The notes under the pieces: model-generated
The model's input: the letters and a program-made list of their open reading frames with translations, nothing else
Told to the model about the DNA's origin: nothing
The model's database searches: none
Program-made: the position numbers and the translations under genes
DNA from: Camelus dromedarius
Lineage: Eukaryota
NCBI RefSeq assembly: GCF_036321535.1
Contig: NC_087436.1
Location: forward strand, 53,074,001-53,138,000
Direction: 5' to 3'
DNA length: 64,000 nt
Shown: positions 13,325 to 32,476 of the stretch, in pieces
Numbering within the stretch: position 1 is the stretch's first letter
Layout: each line of letters starts with the position of its first letter

Positions 13325-13863
13325 CTGTGGTAGACAGCCTCCAAAATGGCCCCCAGTGATCTCTACCTTCTAGAATTTACACTCTTGTGTAGTTCCCACC
13401 CATGTCGTGATCGATAGAATGAGGCAGAAGTGACGATATATGACTTCCAAAGCTAGGTCATGACAGATATCCTGGTTTCTGTCTTGGTTTCTCACTCTTG
13501 GATCAGTCACTCTGGAGAAGTCAAATGCCATGTTACGAAGACACTCAGCCAGCCCTATGGAGATGCCCACATGGTCAGGAACTGAGGCCTCCTACCAGCT
13601 ACCAGTAAGGAACTGAATTTTATTTCCAGTGTGTGAGTAAGCCATCTTGGAAGTGGATTCTCCAGCCCCAGCTAAGCCTTCCTATCTATTCAGCCTTCCC
13701 CAACATCTTCACTGCAACCTCATGAGAGATCCTGAGCCAGGACACTTCAGCTAAGCAGCTGCCAAATTCCTGACCCACAGAAATTGTGTAGAATAATAAA
13801 CATATGTTATTTTAAGCCCTTAGGTTGTGGCATAATGTTACGCAGTAATTGATAATGAATACA
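13325..13863 (+). mobile_element. MLT1 (MaLR) solo LTR, MLT1F-like
   Basis: TG...CA ends: TGTGGTAGACAGCCTCCAAAATGGCCCCC...CCTGACCCACAGAAATTGTG...AATAAA...GATAATGAATACA. Confidence 0.85.
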
Positions 13864-14174
13864 AGGTCATACAGAACTTGAAATTACGATCCTCCCTCAA
13901 ATCCTAGAGCACTAACAAAGTCATCAACTTTACTTAACTGGTCTCTCATATACAGTTTAATTTCCATGTTTTCAGAGTTCCAGAACTTTGACCCCCTTTA
14001 CCTTGAGATTTACCAGATTTTCACAGTGGAGCTTAGTGACTCAGAAGCTAGGCTTTTGAATTAACAGATTTTAGTTAAATCACTGTCCTACTACCACTTT
14101 ATTAGCAGTATGACCTTAGGAAAGATGTGCCTCAGTTTTCCTGTCAGCATCATAATTATAAAAAGAACCTAACC

Positions 14175-14352
14175 CAAGGACCTACGTATAACACAGGGAA
14201 CTATATTCAATATCTTATGATAACCTATAATGGAAAAGAATCTGAAAAAGAATAGATACACATGTATATGTATAACTGAATCACCTTGCTGTACACCTGA
14301 AATCAACACAACATTGTAAATAAACTATACTGCAATTTTAAAACATGGTTAA
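14175..14352 (+). mobile_element. L1 3'-end fragment inserted in a MIR
   Basis: CAAGGACCTAC...CACAGGGAACTATATTCAATATC...GAATCACCTTGCTGTACACCTGAAA; TSD AAAAAGAACCTAA at 14160-14172 and 14353-14365. Confidence 0.88.
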
Positions 14353-15060
14353 AAAAAGAACCTAAGCCAGAAGACTGATTAATCAGATAATATATATAGA
14401 ACACTTAGCACATGGCTGGCTCATAAAAGCTACTCATTAAATGGTTTTAATGATGATGGTGATGGTGATGTGATGATGAGGATGATGGAGAAGGTAAAAA
14501 TCTTGTTTTCAACTTACAGGAAAATTCCTTACAAGGTAAAAGACAGAATCTTTTCAGTTCTATATTACAGTGATCTCAGTTATCACCCTGTATTTCTTGT
14601 ACTTGTGCAATTACATCTATAATGTTTATTTAATTTTATAACATACCTATTTTCCAGCTTCTCCACTCCCCCTTTCATAACCTACAATATGTTGCAGGTA
14701 TTCTCATGACAGAAGCACAAACTACTGAGTCAATTAAGGCAAAAGCTTAGCAATAAATCTAATTTTGATGATTATTTATATCCCTATTGGTTACTCTTTT
14801 GCAGGTAGATTACTTGTTATTAACTAGATAATGAAAATGCATAAATTGTTCAACTATTCAGCTCTTTATGAAGATGTATAACTAGAGCTTTGGCCAAGTA
14901 GCCAAACACTTTGTAGTGTTTAGTTAAATCTTCATAGTAGGACTGATTTAAAAAGACACATAGAGTTCACACTCTTTAAAGACTGGGATGTGTTTTAATC
15001 TCGTGGTTAAACATGATTTTAGTTTTCCTTTCCCCATGGAATTTGACAAATAGGGAAGAA

Positions 15061-15110
15061 GACCTGCTAGTAGTGCAGACCTGCTGGTAGTGTAGACCTG
15101 CTGGTAGTGA
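15061..15110. repeat. 17-bp tandem repeat x3
   Basis: GACCTGCTAGTAGTGCA / GACCTGCTGGTAGTGTA / GACCTGCTGGTAGTGA. Confidence 0.9.
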
Positions 15111-16651
15111 TAAGTGCCCGTTATTTTGGTGCCTCTCTTACTCTCAGTTTTATCAGTTTTACACTAAGTAGGTTGAACTAAATAACATATAGAGTCTTGC
15201 TTCCTCCAGATTTCTACTCATTCTCCAACAGGGAAATCACGAGCATACTTTTTCCCCCTCAAAAAAGGCTATTCAAGATAAAAGGCTTCACTGAATCTTT
15301 GTTTCCAATGGATATCTAGCGTTAAGGATGAACTCCACCTGCCTTTTATATATCTTTGGAGTGTCCTGGAATAGTGAGTTATAAAACTCGTAGCTAGATG
15401 GTTCCAAAAAATCTAAACTCATTCCCAGAATGCGTGTTGTCATGAGACCAGCAACAGAAGCAATAGCAGCAACAATGGAGGGCTCCCCGTATGCCAGGCA
15501 GTATTTTAAGTGCTTGACACGTTCACGTTTAACCTCCTTTAATCCTCACTCTCACTCTGCTAGCTATGGTTAGCCCAGGTTTCAGAGTTGCCTGGTGTCT
15601 CATGAAGAGTGTTCACATTTTCCATCCATCAGACACCGGAGAGAGAATTCTCACTCTCTCCATGGAGCCCTCAGCATGGTCTTCTTCCTGCCAGTAGCAG
15701 TGAGAGCCGAACTTTAAATCGTGAAATTCTGCAAAGTGAGAACTGGGGAAAACACATCCATGCACAGCAAAAGGGAATACATGTGGTCCGGAGGTCCATT
15801 CTGAGAGGTCCACTCTGCTCAGAGATTGTGAAATCCAGTCCTCCTCACCCTCCACTCCCACCACACATACAAATATCCACATCCACGAAGCATTCACTTC
15901 AGCCATTTCAAAATTTTTAAAATTGATTTCATACTAACAGTATTAGAAATGGAGCATTTAATGGCTTAAAAAAAACAACCTCAGGTACTACACCAAAAAC
16001 CAATTGGTGAATGAATCATTTTATAGAAGAAAGGCAGCAAACAACAGGTAAGAATTTGAAAAGATCAGGGCTCTGGCTGGGAAGGAAAAACTGCCTGCCC
16101 TTCTAGATAATCAGACAAGTCATTGGGGCCCAAATACAAGTTTCTTGTGACTACTTTTTTTGTTTAAGTTAGGCTGTTGATATTCATTGAAGTTTTTCCA
16201 TGGGAATAATATCTAAGGTACACAAGTGGTCCCAAATTGGCTTATTTCAAGCCCAGAGCAGAAAGCAAGGCTTTGGGATAGAATTCAGAGGCCAAACGGT
16301 ATCTCCAATTGCTGAAGTAAAGAGTCTTCAATTCCAGTAAATTTGATTTACACAAATTCAACCTCTCAATTTGTGGGGGTGGGAGCCTGGAAAATAAAAT
16401 GTTATCAAATGTTATTTTGCATGAATGTTTTTTATTATATACTGAATAAGCACGTGAACTTATAAATTATATATTGTACATAATCTTGTGATTCACATAT
16501 TATGTTATACAGATTGTATGTTCAAAAACCTGTAATCAGAATTTATGGGCAATTAAAGAGATTTCCAAGAGTAATTTTGACCTTACTTGTCTTTTGACTT
16601 TAAGCGTAGTCTTAGAAGCCAAACCACTGTGAATTAAAACAGGCTTTCACA

Positions 16652-16788
16652 GGGGAAGGTAGAGCTCAGTGGTAGAGCATGTGCTTAACATGCATGAGGT
16701 TCTGGGCTCAATCCCCAGTATCTCCATTAAAAGATAAATAAATAAACCTAATTACCTCCTCCTGAAATTAATTAATTAATTTAAAAAA
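16652..16788 (+). mobile_element. tRNA-derived SINE, camelid Vic-1-like
   Basis: GGGGAAGGTAGAGCTCAGTGGTAGAGCATGTGCTTAACATGCATGAGG...CAATCCCCAGTA...AAACCTAATTACCTCC; same family as the copy at 6123. Confidence 0.88.
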
Positions 16789-18069
16789 ATGGCCATTCAG
16801 TGAGCAAGAAGGCCCAAAAGATGGATGCCTCCTGGTCCCAAGTATTAATCCAAATCTATTTTTCATCAGTCTGTTAGGTCTTATCCATAATTGTACAGAG
16901 GTTGCTTTAGTTACGCTAAGACAGTTGGCAGAAAACTCAGGTGAGAAGAACTTTCAAAACTAGGAGAACATGTATCAAAGTCAGGGAGAAAATGTTTTGT
17001 GAGCTCTCATATTAACGGTGTGTTGTATTGAGTTAGAAGTTGTATTCTTTCCCATGAGTTTGCTTCCCTAGCTGCTGAGGGCTTGAGAGGGGATGGTTCA
17101 CCAGAGTTAGCCAGAAAAATCCTCTGCACCTATTTCTATTCTTAGGGGCTATAAGCATGGTAATTACACAGAGACCAACTTGAGTCTTATGGAAGGGGGT
17201 ATATGTTTCCAGTGACTAAAATAGTAGCACATTAAAGTCAGGCAGGTGCTTGACTAGGGAATGTGAAACCATCTTCTCCCTAAGAGGCTCTGAGAGTTTT
17301 TATTAAATGTTTTCAGCAAAATAAACTGTTACTAGGAAAACATGTTGTTATAAATACAAGAAGGGTCTGCGGGCCTGAAATGTATCTGGCTGATTTCTCC
17401 TTCCTTTGTAATCCCACTAAGCCTGGATGCTCAGCAGTGGCAGTTACACCTCCTGGCACCCTTCATCATCCGGGGCTGCTGGCAGAAAATGGTCAGCTTT
17501 CTGAGCTGAAAGGAGACAGTCATTCTCGATTAATGACCCCTGACCTTTTAAAGTATCCATATTCAGAGATATCTTTTGACCCGGGAAGCTCTTGCATGAT
17601 GTCATGGGCCAGTGTACAGACAGCAGAGGATTTTGTTAGAGGCAGTGATGGTTTAATGAAATGTGCTGACATATTCCAGAGAGGCCACTTCTGAACTTAC
17701 CTCAATTGTTGAGTTGAACTATGTACAACAGTCATGATTTTAGGATTTATTCATTCTGAATTTATATTATGTGATAACATATGTAGAAGTTTATCTTTGC
17801 TTTATTTTTAAGTTTTTTATCATGCAAATTTTTAAGATAAACAAGATACCAAGGAGATTGTTTACTAACTTTTGAGTATTAAGCGTTTCTAAGGACTTGG
17901 GATACAACCTTTTATAAACAATGTGTTAATAATACCCATAGATCATAGTGCTTTGATACGTCAGTTATAAGTCATTTTTAGTTATTCATTTAAGGAGGAT
18001 TTTCCCTGAATAACGTTGCTAGGTTTTCTCCAGTTATCCGAAAGTAATGATTTAATTATTTATTGATAG

Positions 18070-19190
18070 CAGACAAAGTAGCATTTACTGAGTCCCTACG
18101 AAGAGTAGGATACAATGGTCAGCAAAGATTTGTTGTGTGCTTACTATGTGGTAGGCCTTTTTTAGACACTGGGGACAATATTAGAGAACAAAGAGAGGGA
18201 GGAAGGAAGGAAAGAAGGAAGGAAGGGGGAAAAATTTCTGTGCTTGTGGAGCTTATATTTTCCTAGATGTTGGTTGGTGTTAAAGCAATCAGTCAGACAT
18301 GATCCCTGTCTGCAGAGACTTTATATTCTGGTGAGAAATAAAGACAACAGTTTTGTTAAGGTAATTGGACTGGAAAGGACAGAAGTGAAATATACAGAGT
18401 GATGGGACACGTGGTCATTCTGAAGCTCCTTTAGATATGATGATCAAGGAAGATCTCATGAGGAAATGAAGATTAAGCTAAAATAAGAAGGATAAGGAGA
18501 AGCTGGGTATTTAAGAGCCAGGGGAAAGGAAGAAGGGTTTTTCAGAGAGACTGATAGCCTGAGGCAGGGAAGAGTTTGCTTCTGGAGGAGCACCAAAGAA
18601 GCATGCCTGGAGATGAAGGTGGGAGCCAGGTCACGTGTGGTTTAGACCTTGTTGTAAGCGCAGTGCAAAGGGTTTTAAGAGAGGGAGTGGCAGCACTGAT
18701 TTGTATTGTTAAAACTTTCTGGCAGCTGGAGAATGGACTTCAGAGGGGCCAAGAGGGAGCAGGGAGAGCAGTTTGGAGGCCACGTGAGAATGATGAGGCT
18801 TGGGCCATCGTAGTAGCTCTGGAGATGGAGACAGGGGTTGGCTTTGGCATGTATTTTGGAAACTGATTTGAGAGGACATATTACTGAATGGGATGAGGAT
18901 GAGCAGAGTAAAAGGGAGGACCCAGCTCTCAATTAATGGAAGTGCCACTTAGAAATAAGATTGGGAAAAGGGGAGGGCAGTGTGAATAAACCATGTATTC
19001 CCTTCTTGACATGGTACCTCTGTGATCCCTACTGGACATCCATATGAAAACATATATGGGGTATATGAATCCAGAACTGAGGGACAACGTCTGGGCAGAA
19101 GGCATACTATTGGCGGACAGCAGCCAGTGTGAGGTATCTGAGACTATAGGCCAGGATGAGAGCACCTTGAGGGGAGACTATAGATAATAA
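18070..19190 (-). mobile_element. L2 LINE remnants
   Basis: CATTTACTGAGTCCCTAC, GTGTGCTTACTATGTG, GAGAATGGACTTCAGAGGGGCCAAG-type degenerate L2 blocks. Confidence 0.6.
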
Positions 19191-20459
19191 GGGAACAGTT
19201 AGTCAACACATTTGTACTTGGACTCACTACATACAAGGCATACTGCATAGTCATTGTGGGCAGAGGTATGAGACAAAGCCTTTGTCCTCAAAAACCTTAC
19301 ATTCTGAGTATGAGAAAAATAGCACACGAAAGTGAAAGTAAATGTCAGCAGGAGGGCCGATTTATTTATCCAGAGACTGTTGGGCGTTGAGAATGAGTCA
19401 CTTCGTAATGGTGATGATAGTCTAAGGACCGCAGATGTGGGGCTGGCCCAGGATTGGATTATGAAACCTCCAGAAGTGGATGGTTTGCATATATGCACAT
19501 ATTTTTTTCCTAAGAGGGAGAATTGTCAAATTGCAATTTTCATATTCTCGAAGGATTTTGTGAATCAAAAAAGATTAGAAGCATTGCCATAGGAAATCAA
19601 TTTAATCTTGGCCTTAAAAGATTGCTTAAATTATAGAAGGAGGAAGGATATTTCAGAAAGTGGGGACAGTGCAAGACATAAGCGAAGAAACATTCTGAGA
19701 TACAAAACTGCAGGGCATGCCTGGAAATGGTTTTAGATGTGTGTGATCAGGACAGGGGATTAATACAGAACAGTGAAGAAACTGAAGCTGGAAAATAGGT
19801 AGGGACTGAAGTGAGGGACAACCTTAAATGAAAACTAGGAAACTGGACTTTCTCCTGCAGACCATGGGGAATCACTGGATTCAATTCAATGTAAAACCAT
19901 TGAGCACTTGTTGCATATAAAGCCATGTCTGGTGTCCTTGTTAGGGCGCTGGGGATGGGAGATACACTTGTAGGTAGAGAAGGGTTAAAATTTCCACAAA
20001 GCATAACAATAGTTAGCAACAATTAACATTTTTTCCCTGCTTATTACGGGCCAGGCCCTGTGCTAAGGGCTTTAAGTGAATTATCTAATTCAGTGCTCAC
20101 AGCTCTATTGACGTATACCCTAGGCAGGTAAGGGGAATTTAAACCACTTGCTGTAAGTCTAGGAGAAGTGGAGTCATTCAAACACAAGCAATGTAACTCC
20201 AGTGTCCTAGCTCAGAAGCTCTCTGTAGACTGGCACGCAATATTCTGGCTTATTGTTGCAGGCAGAGATGGCCATGACGCCTGCATCTCATCACCATCAG
20301 AGGTACTGGCCCCACTGGAGACACCCTGGAGTTCGCCGAGTGGAATGTGAAGTGATAAAACACATACTGCATGTTTCTATAAACTACCAACTTTATTTCA
20401 AGACTTGAAAAGATGTATAAGAAAACAGATATGGGCATATTACGGTTGTAAACCTCACA

Positions 20460-20795
20460 GTAATTTTTTAATGAACATATTGCATACCGTGTGTACAGAA
20501 AACTGAACAATCATAAGAATCCAGCTTGATATAATTTCACAAAGTAAACACGTCCAAGTAACCAGCACTCGGGTGGAGAAATGGAACTTACAGCACTCCA
20601 GAGCCCTCACTGGCTCTTCTCTGACACTGCCCCCAGAGGTCACCACCATCCTGACTTTCAACACCAGTGGTTCATTTGTCCTGTTTTAGATTTTTATGTA
20701 AATATATTCACTTAGTATGTTCTCTCTGCAGTTGGCTTCTTTTCCTAACATTTTGCTTATAAGATTCACCTGTATTGTTGCATGTGGCAGTAGTG
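20460..20795 (-). mobile_element. Old L1 (L1ME/L1MC-type) 3' fragment
   Basis: AATTTCACAAAGTAAACAC...AGGTCACCACCATCCTGACTTTCAACACC...AAGATTCACCTGTATTGTTGCATGTGGCAGTAG. Confidence 0.65.
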
Positions 20796-23120
20796 CGGCT
20801 ATTTAATCGACATCAGTTATTAAGGTAAAGCATAAAGCCACCACAAAATTATCTGTCATTCTAGGGAACATACCCCAGGTTTTTGAGAATGCAATTAAGT
20901 CTCCTATTCCCTCTGGTCACTTTGGTGACAAAGTTTGAGCAACACGGGAATAAGCACTGAATTTGGAGTCAGGAAAATAGATTCTAGTTCTCATCCCCTC
21001 CTCGCTGTGTGGCCTTGGGCAAGACACTTATGTTGTCTGAACTTCACTTCCTACATTAATACAATTTGGAAGTAGAACTCAAAAGCCTCTTCGGTCTACT
21101 GCAGTATGAGTTGTCTTTGCTTCCATCTGAAGCTGAATGGGCTTAACTTAAGGAACGTTCATAGAGGAAATCAAATTTTTCCAAAATAAATCTATTTTTT
21201 TAATTATAAAAGAAAAACATGTTTGTTGTAGCCATTCAAACAACACTGGGCTCATAAAGGAAAATTTATTAACTATTCAGTCTTACCTTCCATATATACA
21301 AAAACAATGTTAGTTTGGTGTTACGCTTCTATATATTTTGTTGATACAACTTTAAGTTCACTTACTGAGTTTTACTATTGTTTTTGAAATAGAATCACAC
21401 TGATTCATTTTATTCTATAATTTCTTTTCATGGAATTTCTTTCTAGATTGGAACATACATTTTTGTTCATTTAGTGTCTGCAGAATGAATGAGCGCACAG
21501 TGAGCCGTGGTGTGCATGCATCGTAATCAATCAGCCACCCTGCTCTTGTTGATATTTAGATGGTTTCCAATCTTTTTGCTATTGTGATAGGCTGCAATAA
21601 ACGTTCCTGTCCATATATTATTAAACCCTAATGGTCTTCTTATGTATGACAGGAAATAGTCAGGTTGTTTTCTTAAAAAGTTGCTTAATTTGCATCTCAG
21701 TACTCCACTTTTGAGCAGATTTGAATGTGCAATCTGCAGGAAGGAAGATGAGATATTTAAACAATTTTCATAACGATCATTCCAAAAATTTATAGAAAAT
21801 GGAATGCTGAAAAATAAAATACTGAGTATATCTCTAAAGGCTCCTGTTTGAAATTGCTGCAGTCTAAAATCGGAAATGTGGGGAGAAGAAATATTTTTCA
21901 AAGTAACACAAAACAGAAACATGATTTTAGCCCCCCCAAATGCAATATCAAGAATTAAAAGGGGAAAAAAATCCTTTCTAAAGTCTCAGAAATAAATATT
22001 TGTGTTATTCTGTAGACAAGCAGCTGAGTTGACTGATTATTTAAATTTTGTTTCAACACGAACCAGAAAAAAACTTACAGTAACTTGTGAAGGCCTAAAG
22101 AAACATCTTCCCTGACCTGCTCTCCCAACCTTAGCAACTCGCCTCTCAGGCTCCTGCCTCCTACAGGCTGGGATAACAGATGGACGTCTCAGGTAAGATG
22201 GACAAACATTTCCAGTTAGGCTTTTTGAAGGGGCAGTAATACACAGAGGAAGATTTATTCACCCTGTCCATGTTTCACTTTGAGGCTGGATGGAAGAGAT
22301 CATTTTTCTTTATCCAGTAAGATCTGAAACACCAAAAACTCCACTACTCCATCAAGAGAGAATGAGACAGAAACTTCTGTCAGAAGAGGGGTGGGTTTGG
22401 AGAAAGGGAGGGCAAAATGTTTAGGAGACCATCGAGAGAGGGAGAAAGGGACACCTGAGAGGAGCAACCCTCTGATACACATCCTGACTCAAGGGGAAAA
22501 GTGAAGGACACTTTGCACCTCCTCTGCCCTCTGTGTGCAGGCTTGGGTGTCTGTGAAAGTTTTATTTCTGGTGGTGAACTGTTCCTTCCTGTCCTTCCAA
22601 GTTTTAAGGGCATAGCTAAGAGGTTGCATCTACGATGTGCAAGGCACGATTCAGTGATAACGTGCTCTTCTTTGCACCAGAAGATAATGCTACTATTCAT
22701 CCTCATGGTGCATGTTGTTTTCTATTCACAGGGATAGTTTTACGCTAATCCTGCCACTCCGTTTCCTTGGACTCCATGGAGACCAGCTGCTCCTGTGAGC
22801 AGGCAGCTGGTGGAGGCTGTGGAGCAGCTAACTGGCCAGAATGGGAAAGAGCCTGTGACTTCCACTCACAGACTGAAAGCTCAGTCATCAACGAAGTGTG
22901 AGCTTGAGTCCCTTGGAGCCAGGTCATCAGCGCTCCAGTGCTTACAAGTTGTGAAGAGTAATCCAGTTTACCTGTCTTCATTCAATCTCAATTTTTTATC
23001 CATAAAATAGGAATAATAATTGCCCTCTCATGGTGTTTTTGAGGGGACTTAATAAGCTAAAAGTATGTAAAACATTTATGTCAGCAACTAAATAGGCACT
23101 ATTTGGCACTTCCAGCAAAA

Positions 23121-23183
<63 letters not shown>
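23121..23183. repeat. (ATT)21 microsatellite
   Basis: Perfect trinucleotide array. Confidence 0.98.
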
Positions 23184-23185
<2 letters not shown>

Positions 23186-23959
23186 ACAACTGCAACATGA
23201 TGCCTTTCCTTCGTAAGTAATTCTTACTGTGTCAACTTGGGCCAGGAGGAGAAACAGCTGGTCACACTCTAGGCATTAAAAGCAGCGGCCAGCAGAAAAG
23301 CCTTGTTCTCATCAGTGTGTGTAAATAGGTGGAGAGATGTTTATGGAAAGTCTTACGCAAAATTTAAAGTGATCAGAAACTCTCCTATTGCACCTCAGAG
23401 AATCCTGAGAATGTCTGTGTTTGAAAAATTCTTTGCCTGATTCCCAGTTTGAGTTAGAGTTTAAACCCGTCTCTTCATTTCGGGTCTCATAGTCTCCACC
23501 CGTGAAGTTGTTCTTCCTTCTGAATGAGATATTTGTTGATCATACTGTGCCACTGTCAGAGACTTGACATATAACCACACCTACTCACCAGCTGGTGGAT
23601 GGCCTGCCCTTCATTCTTAATTCTTTAATCATGTTAAAGTTTTCTATACTATGACACATCTCACGAGACTTTCGGGGAATGCTAAGAAACTTTCTCTGCA
23701 GAGATAAAAATAATGATGCTGAGTCATTTCCTTTGTTGCTCTTTGAATTTCCATATAAAGTTATCAACTGAGTATACCTTGCCTGGTCTAGCAAGTATGC
23801 TTGCTTAACGTGGGTAAATACTGGTGTTATTAGTCACTTCAGTTGCTCAAGAGCTGAGATCAGGTAGGCAATCCCTGAGTTCATCTTTAAAAAAAAAAAA
23901 TAGATGACTGTAGTCATATTCAGGAATAAAAGGCTCTGTGGCTAATGAATGACCAAAAA

Positions 23960-24298
23960 TGATCTCAGCAGAATTGAGAGCATTTCATAGTAACACATAC
24001 TGACCCAGAACTCTGAAAATGCTGGAGGGCAGAAGTTTGGTGTTCCTCATTCTTTTATTTTTCCCTGCAATTGGTCATTGTTTTTCCATTTATGAATTTC
24101 TTTTTTTTACTCTTTTGATAGAGTCTGTCCTACTCCAAATTCTCTGCTTATTTGATTTTTAAACAGAATTTGTGGTTTGAATTAAACGCCACTTTTTGGA
24201 AATTGACTTTATTTGAAAAACACCTTTCTACAATTTTTTTTTTCCTACACTGGCATTCACTTAGAAGAGAGAAAAGGAGCCACACAGATATTTTGGAG
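23960..24298 (+). other. C4orf54: Candidate non-coding first exon of C4orf54 (5' boundary uncertain)
   Basis: Strong donor GAG|GTGAGT at 24299 in repeat-free sequence ~2.7 kb upstream of the coding exon. The start coordinate is approximate. Confidence 0.45.
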
Positions 24299-25004
24299 GT
24301 GAGTACCTCTTTTCAGATGAACCTCTCTTTGCTGGGGAGCTTTGGCTAGGGTGGTGCTCCCTAAAGGAAGCAAGAATCTGGAAGTTAAGTTTCCAGAGCT
24401 TAAGGCATTGAACAATCATGCTTTAACCCACATCCAGGGCATCTAACCTTCCAATTTTGTACTTTGCCAACTACAGGAAGAAATTGTTGAAATCTGTTGA
24501 GTTGTCATGACAGACAGGGCCATATGGAAAGTGCTGGAAAAAGTCTTTCTTAGACTATAATTGCCTTGATGGGCAGAAACTCTGTGTTCTGTTCAGCTAT
24601 GGAGTGTGCATGGCCCATGGTGCTGGAGGCAGTGTTCCAGGTTTCTTGTCCAAGGCAAAAGTCAACCCAAAATTGAAATGGGGCAATGAAAATATTCTGC
24701 TTGCCTGAAGGAGCCAATTATGTTTTACTTTCTTTTATTTATAGGCTCATGTTCCTTAATCTGTGAATATACATAATGTGTACACAGATTGATGATATAA
24801 AACAAAACAAAACCAAGAAATGGTTTTATGGTTTATTTGTAGTCAGCAGACAAAGTTGCCTCGGATGTGTTGTTCCCTCTAATCGAGCATCTAGTGCCGC
24901 GGAGAGTCCGAGCGTGGAGGTGAGCCAGGCTCTGCAGCACAGCAGTTGCAGGTCAAGCTCTGGAGCCAGATGTCTTGGGTGTGAATTCTGATCCATAACT
25001 TCTT

Positions 25005-25202
25005 TTTTTAAATTTAATTTTAAATTGGTTTGTTTTGTTTTGCTGGGTTTTTTTTTGTGGGGGGGGATGCAGGTAATTAGGTTTGTTTGTTTGTTTGTTT
25101 ATTTATGTATTTATTTAATGGAAGTACTGGGGATTGGACCCAAGACCCAGGACCTCATTCGTGCTAAGCACACACTCTACCACTGAGCTATACCCTACCG
25201 CC
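25005..25202 (-). mobile_element. tRNA-derived SINE, camelid Vic-1-like, inserted in a MIR
   Basis: Reverse-complement head (CTACCACTGAGCTATACCC) and GGTAATTAGGTTT tail. Exact 13-bp TSD TCCATAACTTCTT at 24992-25004 and 25203-25215. Confidence 0.9.
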
Positions 25203-26991
25203 TCCATAACTTCTTCACATCTCCATGCTTCAGCATTCCTATCTAGAACACCACTACAATAATTGTACCTAACTCATCAACTTGTTATGAAAATTAAATA
25301 CATTAATATAGACACATTTAAAAGTGCTTCAGATAGTGCCTCGCACATAGTAAGCACTAGAGAACTCTTGGTTGTAATTACTATGATTTGTAAATTTCTA
25401 TTATCTCTAAGAATCCAGGATTTTGTGCCATTTCACATGGTTCTCCATAATCAAAAAGTTGATTGCAAATTCAGCAAATTCTCTCTCTCTCTCTCTCCTT
25501 CTTGTTCTTTCATTTTCTTCCTCTCTCCCCTTCTCTGTTTCTTTCTATTTCCTTTTCTCTTTTACTCTCTTCATTTAGAGCTCTGGCTTTATATCCACAT
25601 TGTGATACTTGATATTTCCAGCCTTCCCTTTGTCGTGTTTTTAATGGCAGTGATGTGGGCAGGAGTTGTCCTGGGAAGAAGGGCAGGGCCGTGCTGTCCA
25701 CATCCCAAGGATGAGAAGGCGATGCTTTGGTTGCTAGGGGCTCCCACTCCATACCACCCCCCACGCCCACCCAGAGGAAGGAGCATTTTTCTGTGTGGGG
25801 GTGGTACTCATGTTGGAAGGGGATGGTTGATGGTGTTATTTTTGTTCCCCACAAATGTGGATGTTTAAAATAGTGCTTTATTCAATCGGCATAAGTGACA
25901 CATAAACTATGTATAGTGGTGGAACTGGGCCTGGCAGGTGATGAGGGCCAGATCTCACCCAACCAAGAGTCATGGTTCTCCGCTGATAGTGCCCAAGGGA
26001 TCTTCCCTGAGGATGGCCAGCACAGAACCCCCATCTTGGGTTGCCTGGCAAGTTCACTTGCACAACTACTGAATTGTCTAAAATGGAGGGACCTCAGAGC
26101 CAGTGAGCTGGGACCTTGGCTTCGTTTCCATGGGACATGCCAGTGGCTCACATTTCTCTCTGAACCTCCCTCCAAGCCGCACTGTACTCATAAAGGGTAA
26201 GTGTATTTGTTGTTCTTTCGTGCCTTTTGACTCGGTGCCCTGCAGGTCTGGAATGCAGCCAGTGTAACTGAATCGTCAGGCTGCAGATCAGGCTATATTT
26301 AATTGGAGGTTTATTGTCTTGCCATGGTTTTAGAAGTTTAGGGAACTTTTTTGAGATTGTAGGGATTTGAATTTGTGTCATCTTTGACCCATTTTCTCCT
26401 TTTTTAGTGACTATAATTAAAAGTTTATTTAAAGTGTTGAGTTTTAAGTCTTTGAAAATTGCTCTTTTATACTTCGAGTCAACACAGTAAGGATTCTAGA
26501 AGGAATACTTCCTGTTTTTAAACAGATTATGTTTCATAAAGTGGAACTTTGGGGGAGGAGGGCTAGCGTGTTTTACTCTATGAAAAGTTGTATTACCAGG
26601 ACTCAACTGGTTTGAGATGAAAGAGAAAGAAAATATATAGATTTTGAGACAAACATAAAGCTACCATATGTCCAAGGGAGATTTTGAAGTCTTTTTGGAG
26701 TGTCCTTAATTGATTTGAAATGCAATCCTGAATTTGGATTTTATTTAAGAACAAGGGGGAAAAAGCATTTAATCATGTAAAAGATGGCAGTGAGTAAAGA
26801 ATAATTTCATACTTGCTAGACATCATTGTAATAGATTACATAGGACATTTGGTTGACTTCAATTAGAACCCACGTGCCTCCTCCATCCCCCAACATTCTC
26901 TCTTCATCTCAGAGCCTCTTCTCTCTACCCTTAAGTGTGGTTTCGGTATGACTAGGGAATAGACACTAAAAATATTTCTGGAATGACGTGA

Positions 26992-32476
<5,485 letters not shown>

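Noticed and set aside
15061..15110. Repeat array resembling CRISPR
   Set aside because: Head-to-tail 17-mers with no spacers, in mammalian DNA; a simple minisatellite.
22168..22198. Possible 25-nt micro-exon (CCTACAG|...CAG|GTAAGA) upstream of C4orf54
   Set aside because: Splice-like motifs alone are too common to support an exon without transcript data.
1..23000. Numerous 60-130 aa ORFs in the upstream region
   Set aside because: No homology recognised, no consistent exon chain, and many overlap transposon relics; treated as intergenic noise.
25263..25868. 201-aa ORF upstream of C4orf54
   Set aside because: Non-ATG start; runs through a MIR and a CT-rich low-complexity tract; no coding character.
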